A stretch of DNA of 46,467 nt, the filler included, from Sphacelaria rigidula (Eukaryota): NCBI GenBank assembly GCA_964200075.2. It is 2 parts of 2 records of this genome, joined end to end, with 100 filler letters (N's around TTAATTAATTAA, not from the genome) between each part and the next. Parts side by side here need not be neighbours in the genome. Positions count along the whole stretch, not along the records: positions 23,289 to 46,467 come from CAXNAA020000280.1; 1 more part is not named here. One strand, 5' to 3'. Both the position numbers and the translations under genes were made by a program. A model generated the notes under the pieces. It searched no databases and was not told where the DNA came from. It saw only the letters and a program-made list of their open reading frames with translations. This document shows, in pieces, positions 35,201 through 46,467 of this stretch. Position 1 is the stretch's first letter. The number at the start of each line of letters is the position of its first letter.

Positions 35201-38200
35201 TCACGTGCCAGGTACATACCTTTTTCAGCACAGGATCCCATCCCCAGATCATGTTGTTACGCCTGTCATATCCTAGGCCATGCGGAGCGAGACTTCCCGT
35301 CGACCTAAGCAAGCAGCATTTCGAAATAAGGCGTGCAATTTGAACGAAATAACTGAAAGCATTTCTTGTGCCATCCACTGCAACTCACAAACCACCGAAA
35401 AAAATCGCTGGGACCGGTCGCGGTAGTTCGTGCAAGTCCCACCTTCTTCACGCTACCCCAAGCATACAAATTGGGCCACTGGTCATTTTTTTACCTCATC
35501 GACTGTCCCTGGATTCGATCGATTTCACCCTGCAACGTCACGACCGGGTACATGTATCAGTAGTAAGCGGATAACACGTATTTGCGCACCTGACATCAAA
35601 GTCCATATCCTCCTGTTGCTGGGGCATTTGTTTGCTTCCATGGTCCTCCGCTTGAGCCACCGATTCTTCCAACGGTGCACAGGTGCACCGCAGGCTCACA
35701 ATCGCTGTCTCTGAAAAGCAACACCAACCACGAGGGTCATCAGGTCCCGCTACTAAGTCCCGAATCAAAAATTAAGCACAAGACGACCACAGTCCTCGTA
35801 CGCTGAAATAGTTGCGAAAACATGGCGCTGGTATCTGATCTTCGCCAATTCTACTGTTTCATCCAGCTGAACGATAGCTCGTGCAAAGTATCACCGACAA
35901 AAAGGAGCGTGCACAACCTCTAGAAACTGTTCCCAGAACCACGTGGAATTCTCGTATTATCTCGCGACAAGGCACATTCGACAAATATGCACCGCATCAC
36001 CTGGTGACCTTTCCACAGTTCCTTCCTTTTGTGGCCCCAGGATGACCAACCTGTCTCCATCACACAGCAAGCCTTGTCTATGAAGCAGTGTCTCCGGTAC
36101 GTATAGCTTGACGCTTGCTGTCTTCACCAATCGGTACCCATCCTCGGGGTCAAGGAAGAATAGCTTCAACCTTCAACGTGATATTCGATGAAAGTGTAGA
36201 CAAGACGTTGAGGTTTGATGGGTGGATTTGGGGAGGGGGGGAGTAAGGTATAGTAGCTGTCAAGAGGCCTTGTCGTAGCAAATGATCGATGTGGAACAGC
36301 ACGAAACATTAATATCACACACAGCATCGTGGACACCAAGGGCACGTTCACATCTTTAAATATTTCCCACCAAGCTCAGTTTCGGCACCAACTGGCTTCC
36401 GCTGGCATACATCTCTATTGGCTGATATCACGGCGTCGACACACACACCCAGCTGGGTTAAGCTCACCTACCACCTTGATCCCCATGCCCCAGTTCATCT
36501 TCGCCGCTCTGTGATCCCCTTCGAGTCTCTTGTTCGCCCTCGGCGTGCACAAGAATAATATGCCTCGAGTCGGTGATCATGACCGGAAAAGGCAAAGTTT
36601 TTGCATCTCTGTCTCCGCACGTAAAACCGCTCGGAGCCCCCCTAGACACACCCCGCACTGTCAAGCACCTCAACAGACACGGAGGTGGGACGTCGGTAGG
36701 TCGAGTTCCACGAGGTAGCGCCAAGCTATATCGGACGAACCTATTATTGTTAGGACCAGTGAGACGGAGTGAGGTGAAGGGGTTTGCCGGTCACAGCGAC
36801 TACTCAACTTTTTTTGTCGGGTGTGCTGGCTGAACATCAACGACTGCCACTCATCCCAACAGCATTACAGCACCGACCTTGTTGACGTCGCCGACGGGAA
36901 AAACAGCAAATAAAGGGCCCTTCAAAAAATGGACTTGGAACACGTGAAAAAATAATCCAAGGGTATAACCTTAGTTCCTTTTCAACACGTACCTGGCCAG
37001 CTTGTCAGATTCGTCGCCACTGGTGACTCGTACGGAGCAAGTCGTTTCTCCGCCCTCGCGTTCCGCTTCTTCTCCTGCCCCGACTCCCTCGCGCTGTTCC
37101 GGGGCGCCCCATCGCCCCACAGCAGTCCATGAGTGCCCGCTGACAGACACTTCCACCACCATGCTATTGTTGTGTGTTTGATGGTGGGGTAGGAGATTCA
37201 TGCACATGGCACGAGAGGCAACGGAGATGGGTGGTGGTGTCGGTGGAGGTTGTATGATATTCGAGTAACTTTAATGCTGTCTTTGGCGATGAGGCTCTAG
37301 TAGTGTCGGTTTGCTCTCGCCCACCGCTGTACGGATGTCACGTATACGCGCTCATCATGGGTTGAGACCACTTGGTAATATTGAATTGTGGAATTTTGAT
37401 GAACAGCAGTCTGCCTCAACTTTGTTTAAACGGGCAGAACTCAATACAGCATGAAACATGAATAAACCCAGTTTCGTCTGTACAACCCACTCGATGATTA
37501 GCCGCATCACCCCGATCCACGACTAAGTTCCCCCGCACATAACCCACTCACCTACCAACGGCGTCAGCGAACGCCGCCTCGGATCCCAACGCTAACTCAA
37601 TGCCGACCTCCCGGATGTTCCGAGGGCGGCCTAAATCCACCTCGATAATGCGATCACTATCAGTAGGAGCGAAAGAAAAGGCCACATCAGACGCTGAGGA
37701 AGGACCAGAGGAGTTCCGTGGGGGGAAGCATTGCCGTTGTGAAGGGTCCTGTACAAGAAGATTGTGCTGCAATCGAATTCAATTTGCGGGGGGCGGGGGT
37801 GGGGTTGTGTATAAACGGCGCGGATAACCTGTGTGCTTGTGAGCTGAAGGCCATTCACTGCAACCGGGCTGCTTCCACGAGGTCGGCATCCAAGACGGAC
37901 AACGAGTGCAGTGAGAACCTTCAAGGGATTTTCTTTTCCAATATCTTGGGGCGAGAATGGGGGTACTGTGCCGCGCTTGGCCCGCGCGTTGGCTTGACCA
38001 GCAACCTACCCCTTCCGAGCGAGTCGTGAAGGAAGGAATTCTCCAGGTCAAACTCGAGATACGCCAAGCTGGTCCGAATTCAGCACCGTCGAATGGTTAC
38101 AATTCATGATCGTCGCATATCAACATCAATTGAGCGGTATGAATCCCGCCGTGGTCACAATGTAGACGTATTTAAGGTGAAACAACCGAAACACTCGCTG

Positions 38201-41200
38201 AAGGCGACTTGAAGAATGGGAAGATGAAAAAGAAAGGGAAAAGCAGAGTGGGCTGGGGAAAATTATGAGGGGGAAAAGAAACGCAGAAGGAGAGGGAGAA
38301 AAGATGAGAGAGGCTCAAGGCCAAATCATATCTAGTACATTTAGTACCAGTCCCGAGAAAGAAAAAAAACGACAGGCCCCTGCTGGACGTCAACGCTTGA
38401 ATTGAAACTTGAAGATCCAGGGAAAATACGGCAAACGTGAAACGCGTGTACTGCTCGCGCACCTGCAAAATGCCGCCCGAAGTGTCTGAGTTGGATGAAC
38501 ACCTGGTTACGACGGCTCCAACCGCTGCATCTGCAAACTCTAGCAGCTCGTCTTCCCCCTGTCCATCCACCAACCTAGAATTGGAGCTGTCTATGATACC
38601 ACCGGCATTGAATTGCCCCGCTTCATCCGCAGTGGCATCCTCATACCCGACCTTGGCCGAGCCTTCCGACCAAGTATGAAACCCGGGGATGGGGAGATCC
38701 GTCAGGCTAATGACACTCTCCAAAGAGAGGTCGGAGAGTCTGAATACCGCTACCTCGTGCGCTGAAAGCGCACCGGATGCCTGACAATGGAACGACGACG
38801 GTAGAAAGCTATAATTTTGCCATATTCTCGGCAAAGGGATGGTGCTGATTCCTGGGATTTCGATCTGCGGTTGTTTCACCTTCATGAGCCACAACATGAC
38901 ATCGGGTGCACATTAGAGTGGACACGAGACTGGACTTTGTCAAGGAGAGGTCCGGTCGTTTGCTTGCGGGGTCTCACGTCATAAATTGCTCATGATCTGG
39001 AACAAATTTCCTTTTACACGAGTGGCCAAACGCGATGTTTGTCGCCGATTTCACTGCACTCGTTTACAACACCTTTTGGAACATGAAAATATTGACCACT
39101 GGTTGCTGATCTAGCGTGTTGTTCTAAAAACAGCCTGGACATGTTATCGCAAAGAAGTGATGAAAAAGGTCGCCGCGGCCCAGTGACGTGCGTAATTCGT
39201 GCACGAGTGATGCCGCGAAAGCCCTCCCCCCTCGAAAGCAGTCCCACGTTGTCACGAGAGGAATGACCGTAGTATCATATGAGTGACTTTAGCTGAAATG
39301 ATGCCAAGCGTGGGAGTTCAGAGCTACTCGGTGTGCTGGGGGGGGGGGGGAATATCGCGGGATCACTCACACCACTGGCCAGCTTGGGCGCAAGGTTGCG
39401 AGTTCAGATTCAGATAGACACCGTAGCTTTTCAGCAGAGTGTGCTTTTTGTTGTTGAAATCGCCGGGACAGGGCGCGAGAGGCAACTGAACTTCAGTGAG
39501 AGCTGACGCGGTGTGGAACTGCTGACTCAATTCTCGATAACTATACATCAGGACGGTCACGGGGAGAGACCGGTTGATCCCACGAGACAAGCAATTCGTC
39601 CCGAAGAAGGGCAGGGGTTGCGGGCATGACGACGAAACAAAAACAATAATAGGGGGTCGAGTTGTAGCGAATTTCAAGGGGGTGTGCCATCATTGCGGCA
39701 AGGTAGTCCTCTCGAAAGCCATGCCGCTTGGAATCTCGTCACGGAGACCACGTCAGAAACTTGCAACATGCACTTAAACAACACCTCAACTCTCCAAATT
39801 AAACGCCAACAAGATTGCGCTGCGTTGCAAGCGTTATGTGCGTACAAACCATCCTCCTCACGACCGCAACCCGACGTACCTTCTCGCGAAGAAATAACTT
39901 TCCCCCCGCCAACGCTAGCCACACCGGGCGAATTGCTGTCTTCCCTTCCCGCCCTGTGGAAACAGCGGAAGGGCTCTCATTCCTCTCTAAGTGAACGCTA
40001 GATCGCCTGCCGTCGGCATGTCCTCCTGTCTCGTTATCTCCATTCCAGGTGGGGGGGACTCTGGCTCGCGTCTGTTGCCATGATTATCGTCAAGTTTTCA
40101 ACGCGCATGAAAATTGAGAGTACTCGAAAATGGGCGTCAAGTAAAACCGACGAGTGCTTAACATGGGCATGGTATCGAAGAACTATACTTCACGAAGTAA
40201 GTTTTTTGTCCATTGCAACTGTTGACCATATATTGTCCGATACGTGAAAAATTACACAACAAAAAAAAACGGTATCGGCACTACCCACGCTCAGCAATCG
40301 ACATTTTTCAAAGTAACACGCGACGTTTCGACAGCAACATATTTATCTCGCGTACTTCACGCAGTGCATTTTTTGTTCATTGCAAGTGTTGACCATATAT
40401 TGTCCAAGGTGTGAAATGTTACACAACTAAAAACAAATTCGGTATCGGCACTACCCACGCTGAGCAATCGACATTTTTCAAAATTATCACGTGACGTTTC
40501 GACGGCAACATATTCATCTCGCGTTCTTCCTCATCCACAGCAATGTCATTCCCGAGGTAAATGATGCGTGGTGATCATGATAGTCACGGCTTTCCTCGAA
40601 ATTGACAAGCCTTGTCGGTCTGAGAGCCTTTTTCTGCACGATTTAAGCGGCAAACAAGTCATGTCGTATCACCACCAAATCATTCCAGGGGTCCGGCTGT
40701 GGCCAGCTGCTGAAGTGAAGCGGCATGACCTCAAGAGTTTCTCATCGCCGTATTCTCACCGATTCAGGGGCTATGGCGTCCCCCGTGACAGGATCGAGAA
40801 TCGTGATAACTTCATCCTCTCCCCCCAATTCAGCTCTTTCCTCGCTGTCCATGCTCCCCATCTCGGAATCCTCCAGCTCATATGTAAACATCGGCAACCA
40901 GCCCACAGGATTCGTCGGCCATGGCTGAGGGTCGCATCGACAGATCAGGGCACATGATCAGGCGATCAGGGAGAACTCGGGTGGAAAATGGATAGTAATG
41001 TAGTCATACGCCATGCCATGGTACATGAACTTCACACAGCGTTGTGCCCCGGCAAACCACAACAGTCGGTCACATATCCCGTCATTTTGAAGATTTTGAA
41101 AACTGTGGGACATCAAATCACCAGCTAACAGCGAAAAACCGCCCCAAATCTGATCAGCACGGACTTGTTGTAACCCTTGGAGCGCTCGAAGATGGATGTC

Positions 41201-44200
41201 CTCGTCGGACAACCAGTTGATGAGTGAATACGATGCCTACTCGAGAGATTGAACTACTTGAACCGTCAAGGTCTTTGGAACAAGTACGCAAAAATCAAGC
41301 TTGGACCAGAATCAACGCGTGAAAAAATAGGCACATGAAATATTTCAAGTACGTGATGCACAGGGCGGCTTCAAGCAGGATATTGGAGTATTGTCATTAT
41401 TCGGTCATAAGCGACGGTCTTGTATACGTGGCTCGTCCTTTGTAATGCGATCTTCGGGGTGCATGCTCAACTTGTGTGCGGCGTGTAAACTACATACTAC
41501 GAGCACACCACCAGCGAGCACGCGGCAGAATTGTGCATTCAAATATTTCAACTCATGAAACCCTCTACACCTCGACAGCCCTCTACTGTACACACTGCCT
41601 GTAGCCCATCAAGGCCGCAGCACTGAGCAGGAGCCCACGTGGCGGTCTTCCTACAAGCTGAGCAATCTTTGCAACACTCCATTGGTATTGATCTGTTGAG
41701 TTTTCGTGAACGGAGCATTGGCCGACAAAAACTGAGTTGCCTCGCCCCGGCTAGCTAGTCAAACGCAGTTGTTTCAACTGTAGACAAGCTCTACGGATTC
41801 AGGTGGCTGTGGGCATGTAATGTGCTCAAAACCAGCGACATGGCTAGGCTCGGTCATGGAAGTACTAGCCAAGAAAAAAAACAAAAACCACGCTGTTCGG
41901 CATGGCTTCCTTGGTTTTCAATGAGTATATGATGGGAGAACCTCCAGGTAAGGGACGCAACTGTCCACCCACCCACTCACACTCACCTCGTCAAGATTCG
42001 ATCGTCGTAGAATGCGGACCCTGTACCAGCGGTAGCCATGAACAACCTTGTGGCACCAAATTTCGCCCTCATCACCCACGTCGATCGAACCCATATTGGC
42101 AGAAAAGTCATCTTGAAGGGCGAAGTCATCAGGATGCCCGGATTCCGGAACCTGTGACGTGGACAAAAACACAAAGTCACGTCGAAGCAAACAGCCGGTT
42201 GTAGGATGGGGTAGTGCGAACACGCCTCTCACCTCAATCACTACATCGTACGCTGTTCGGCTATCGCCTTTAACACAAAATTCACGAGAGACAGCGAATC
42301 GCCCGACTCCGATAGCTTTGCAGGATACTGCAATTGAACGTAAACAGACACATGCATGGTGTGCGCATCGCACACGCCACCAGACCAATCCACGCCAAAC
42401 AAGATAAGCAGAGCGGTGTAGAGCGCCGTATTATGAAACAGCACAGCACACACAGCACACACGTGCAAGCATGCTTCTTAACCTGAGAAAGCAACTGCCA
42501 GTCTTCGATGGCCCTGAACCTAAGCAGCCCCGGTCTACCCGCCGCAACATCTTCTGGGCGATCTCTCTCCCCACCAACTTCCCCCGTATTCATCAATCGG
42601 GCCGCATCTCTCCTCTCGGTGAGCCGTGAATCCATGCCGCCCAGAATACTGTCCAGCGTTCTGTGGTCACACGACATGCATATCTTAGTCGGGTATTCTA
42701 TTTCATGTAGTACATTAGGGGCAACGAACATCGGCAGCTTGGTCATACTCGGCGTGCCATGCACTCGATGCAAGTGCAGTAGGTGAGAGCGAAACAGTGA
42801 GACAAAACAGAGAGTGAGCAGGGGTTAAGCTGAGTCAGCTGTTTTTTGTCATTTTGCCAGTCGTGATTACCTCAAGGGGGAACTACCCCTCGACAGGGAC
42901 AGCGTCCCATGAGAGTCCTGCCTTCCACGGTCCCCGTTGCTCTCTCCTCCAGAAGTCTCGGGCAGTCGTTCAGCGGCTGCTAGGGCCACTCCAAAAGAGG
43001 CCGATCTTGGTGTGGTCAGGACCGGGACGCGATGCAGCCGTGCACCAGATGGAGAGCGCCTGCCAGGCGATGGGGTGTTCTCACGACTAGAATTAGCGAT
43101 ACCATCAGCGTCCATGATATCGTTCCCATCTTGATCTCCTACAACAGTAGCATCTTGGCTCTGTTCAGGGCTTCGGTTGCCAAGTGCAGCTGAGCTTTGC
43201 TCTAGACGTTCCGCTGCCATCAAGGCTGTACCAGGCTGTCGGAGTTGATGCGGCGCGTCGGGTCTCCGAAAATTGCTGGATTTCACCAGCGTGTTGTTTT
43301 GGTGGGGCGAGTAGTTGAACGAACATGTAATGAAAGCACTATATCAGTCAAGTTTGGTGAACGAGCACGACTTTAAATTCATGATCAATTCAGTAAGTAC
43401 TCCATCATGGAGAAAAAAAATGTTCAATAAAACCCAGACGAGCTGAGGGGGGGCTTGACAGCGTAACGCACAAAATTCAGCCACTCGCAAGAGAGGCACT
43501 GTGATCAACGACAAGAACGATTGAACGACGGACCGCCGCAGCACCGGTAGCACTGTGCAAAGCCTGCCAGGTGGAGCGTTACGTCAACATCCAAAGAGAG
43601 CGTAAACCTGCGAATGATATGTTTTCAACACAACGCAGTAGTACGGTAAAGTCGAGGGTGTAATCAAGCCGAAGCATCTACTTCTACTGAGCAATTGGAT
43701 ACCATGCAAGAACGTGCTAGGATTGACGTCGTTACGACGAATAGCATGACTTACCTGGAGTCTCCACCAGGGTCTCTGTAGTCGTTCTTCACAGAGGCAA
43801 AGCGGACGACATCGCGTGCAAACAACAAAAGGGCCACAACAAGAATGAGTGACGTTAGCAACAAGCCAAGCATTCACGCAGACTGTCCACGAGCTGTTTC
43901 CGAGCATACAGCACGTAGCAAGCGGAAGGCAGAGGAAGCAGGTTGTTCTGTGCTAGTATGTGCCTCTGCATGGAACATCATTGTTTGTGAGGGGACAGAC
44001 AACCAACTAAAGGCACCAGGACTGTTGCCATCAATCATCAACCACTGGTGATCGCGAGGGATCAACGTCGACGCGTTTGGATTTTAGCGGCTCCAACTCA
44101 CGACATAACTGCTGTTGCCATCGGTATTGAGCCGTTCGCTTCAACGCAATTTGGCACCAAGAGGAGTTGATCAGCACCCAGAGGAGTTGATCAGAACATC

Positions 44201-45615
44201 TAACAGCATTTGCTTACATGACATACCTATCCTCCGCACCCAAAAGGCCTCATGACATGATCGACAACGCATACATTACAGTCAATACCAGCAACAAGGG
44301 ACATGTGCGAGTCACGGAGACTGAGCTTACAGGCAAGCAAACACCAGTGATGTGAAAGGCACACCCCTGGCATTCAACAGCCGGAACAACCCCCGATAAC
44401 GTACCAGAGGCGCCCACATGATGGGATCCGCACTGCCGTCGGTGATGAAAGAGCCCGTGTCACCTTCGCTATCTTCACTCAATTCTGCCCCTCCACCGAT
44501 GTTCAAGCCCGTGCCCATCAGTGACCTCCGTCTTGCTGCAGCTGCCTCGGACAAAACCACGCCTCCCGATTGCAAGGGAAGCTCCGCTCCTACGATTCGC
44601 TGGTGCCGTGAAACGTGTTGCAACGACGCGAGGAGGGAGTTGTCGCGACACGGAGGATTCTCAAGTCGAGCGACAGAGCTTGCTGCGGTTCCACCCTAAC
44701 GGCAATGAGATCATGAGCATCAATGGTGCTGGGGGGTCGGAATCACATGTCAACTTTGTCGCACAAGAATGGCTGCAGGATAGCGTACGGTACCTGAACG
44801 CATATACACATGACTCAGCCCCAATAGTATTTTTTTTTAAATAACAAACGCCCCTCGGCAAACGCATGCTTGAGGTCGCACGCCCCCGACAGCAATACTC
44901 TGGACGCCCGACGACGATGCACAATCGAGTCCTGGGGTACGAATTTAGTTTGAAACGTCTAACTGCGCACCCCCAGTAGGCCTTTCCGCACCTCCTCTCT
45001 GGGGCCATCATCTTCATCGTCATCGTCATCATCATCATCACCGTCCTCGTCGTCCTCGTCATTCTCCTCTCGGACAACTTCCATGCCCTTGTACGCCCTG
45101 ACTTCGTCCAAAACCGCCTTGCGGGAACGGTACACGTTTCCGCTCAGCGTGCCATGAAAGCCGGTCCCCACCTTTTCCCCACAGTGTATGGAATATCCGA
45201 TCCAAGTGGTGCAACCACGGCGAAATAAAGGGAAATGGGTCAACATTAGCGGTATACAAGTGAAGCATCTACAACAACCACATATGAAACGCGCTAGGAA
45301 AACGTTGTTAAAGACCAGCATCCAATGTAAAGCTGGAGTCGTCACGCTTGACGAGGAAAATCGGAAACCACCAAAATGCTTCATGACCCCGTGTTCGCGC
45401 GTGTTTCAGTGCGCACTGAGTCCTCCATAACTGACCTTGTGTAAAGCCCTGGACGCCGGCTCCCAGACGTACAAATACACCCCGTCGGTCGCTGGGTTAC
45501 AAGCGGCCGCAACGGCTACCGAGGCTTTCTTGCGGCCCTGACTACCCGTGTCCCTGCCGTCGTCAAGGCGTGCTGAAAAGGAAGCTGTCCACGTGTCCGG
45601 CCTGGGCATGAATGT
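23289..45615 (-). CDS. Partial, very large multi-exon gene (about 20 or more exons; full model not resolved; likely extends beyond these limits). Giant HECTD4/MYCBP2-like protein with discoidin-like and ILEI-like domains
   Basis: Series of - strand exon-like segments with splice signals (approx. 45436-45615, 44992-45171, 42868-43286, 42483-42780, 38462-38780, 37551-37750, 36991-37160, 36001-36165, 33011-33185, 32461-32631, 30256-30490, 29516-30050, 28530-29260, 27919-28210, 26011-26360). ATDGVYLYVW...LHK|VGTGFHGTLSGNVY resembles the HECTD4/MYCBP2 N-terminal motif. No HECT or RING domain is visible in the window. Confidence 0.55.
23950..24600 (-). mobile_element. Degenerate non-LTR retrotransposon (LINE) 3' fragment in an intron (boundaries approximate)
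   Basis: Broken frames give EEHLKIYKRLREEMGMQTYLHGP, RFRVGNLDLPER and QNCPCGEAIESTTHTVGKC*VYKEERDVLE (a CCHC-like C-terminal knuckle of LINE ORF2), with stops and frameshifts. Confidence 0.7.
32461..33185 (-). CDS. Two exons (33011..33185, 32461..32631) encoding an ILEI/PANDER (GG-type) domain
   Basis: AGMNVLVLS...FALQESPHAANRLADYLNDVPTGRT|VMIAVQDDAAGYLTNSAKRALLSLGA...QASFALIGRKG, joined by a phase-0 GT..AG intron. Confidence 0.75.
36991..37750 (-). CDS. Two exons encoding a discoidin/F5-8 type C-like domain (boundaries approximate)
   Basis: IIEVDLGRPRNIREVGI ... VVEVSVSGHSWTAVG ... LARYV pattern. Confidence 0.5.
40187..40529. repeat. Diverged tandem duplication, two copies with a ~167-170 bp period
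   Basis: cattgcaa.tgttgaccatatattgtcc...cggtatcggcactacccacgct.agcaatcgacatttttcaaa...gacgtttcgac.gcaacatatt.atctcgcgt occurs from ~40187 and from ~40354. Confidence 0.9.
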
Positions 45616-46076
45616 CTGCAGACCGGAAATCATCCACAATAAACAGGTCACATCTCATGATATTTCACATTTTTTGTACACAATGTTTGTCACAACACTT
45701 GCTGGTTTTACTTCAGTGATTCGATGCATGATGTCGACAATGCAGGGTGCCGTTGCGCGACATCACTAGGCGGACATAGTCACCGCCGCCGCAGCCCCTT
45801 GACCAGAGAACGCGCTCATTGCCTGATACGGACACCGAAACATGTCGACAGGGAGTAGGGAATGACAAAGTAACACTCTCACGGAAACCCATGTTGCACT
45901 TCAAGTGGCTTCACGAATATAAACAAGAATCCGTCACAAATTTTCGCCTCCTTACATTTTGGAGCTATGTCGTCAAAAAGTACATGACTATTGGTATGAC
46001 AGTTGCTGAATCTATTTTTATTTTTACCCCCGGGTTCGAGATATTCTGGAGTCAAGTTGTTTCATACATGGCCGCC

Positions 46077-46256
46077 GCGCCCCCGGCGGTGTGAATTAAA
46101 ATAGTTCTACTTTCACCATAAGGGTGGAGGAGAGAACGTGGCTTCGACGCCCGATGCGGTGAATTCTTTCTTTTGCACCCCGGTGGTGTAATGGTCCGAC
46201 TGTTGCCATTAGGGTGGAGAGAACGGGGTTTCGATTCCCGATGCGTTAGGTTTTTT
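46077..46256 (+). pseudogene. Two tandem degenerate tRNA-like sequences (tRNA pseudogenes or tRNA-derived SINE heads)
   Basis: 46175-46246 has A-box-like tggtgtaatgg and B-box/T-arm-like gggtttcgattccc, followed by a T-run at 46251. 46077-46160 shares ccat.agggtggag..agaacg.gg.ttcga..cccgatgcg. No clean cloverleaf found. Confidence 0.4.
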
Positions 46257-46467
46257 CTTCGTAATGTATGATTTCCACCATGGAAAGCGTGAGAACGTGA
46301 GTAAACAAAAAGTAGTCGACTAGGTTTGTGTGACGAGAGTTAACGCGGTGCAGGAGTGCTGATCCAATCCGCGAGATCAAAATGAAAGGCACGTACCGGG
46401 GGGGGGAAGGTTGGGATCGGAAGGGCGACGGGCTGGGACAGAGGGTGGGACTCGGTGGTCGGCGTGA

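Overview
Eukaryotic, intron-rich DNA that reads as brown-algal (Ectocarpus-like). It is two scaffolded pieces joined by an artificial N-TTAATTAATTAA-N linker at 23189-23288. The left piece holds: (1) a 14-exon + strand gene (446-10634, ~1143 aa, all junction phases checked by hand) for a secreted mosaic protein with a group XII PLA2-like domain, a GDPH-type VWD domain and a YfaP/DUF2135-like C-terminus; (2) a 374-bp MITE-like element with TGT...ACA ends, 45-bp TIRs and a 5-bp TSD; (3) a two-exon orphan gene with an internally duplicated domain; (4) the highlight, a fully delimited 4157-bp IS4-family transposon (16682-20838; 17-bp TIRs, 8-bp TSD GTCTAGAT) carrying a DDE transposase broken by one in-frame stop and an intact 970-aa Fanzor (TnpB-like RNA-guided nuclease), whose omega-RNA end, guide and TAM can be predicted from the boundaries; (5) an intronless phaeovirus-style ankyrin gene. 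The right piece is part of a very large - strand multi-exon gene (HECTD4/MYCBP2-like motif, discoidin-like and ILEI-like domains) with an intronic LINE remnant, an intronic tandem duplication and tRNA-like relics near the window end. All family calls come from motif recognition by eye, not database searches.
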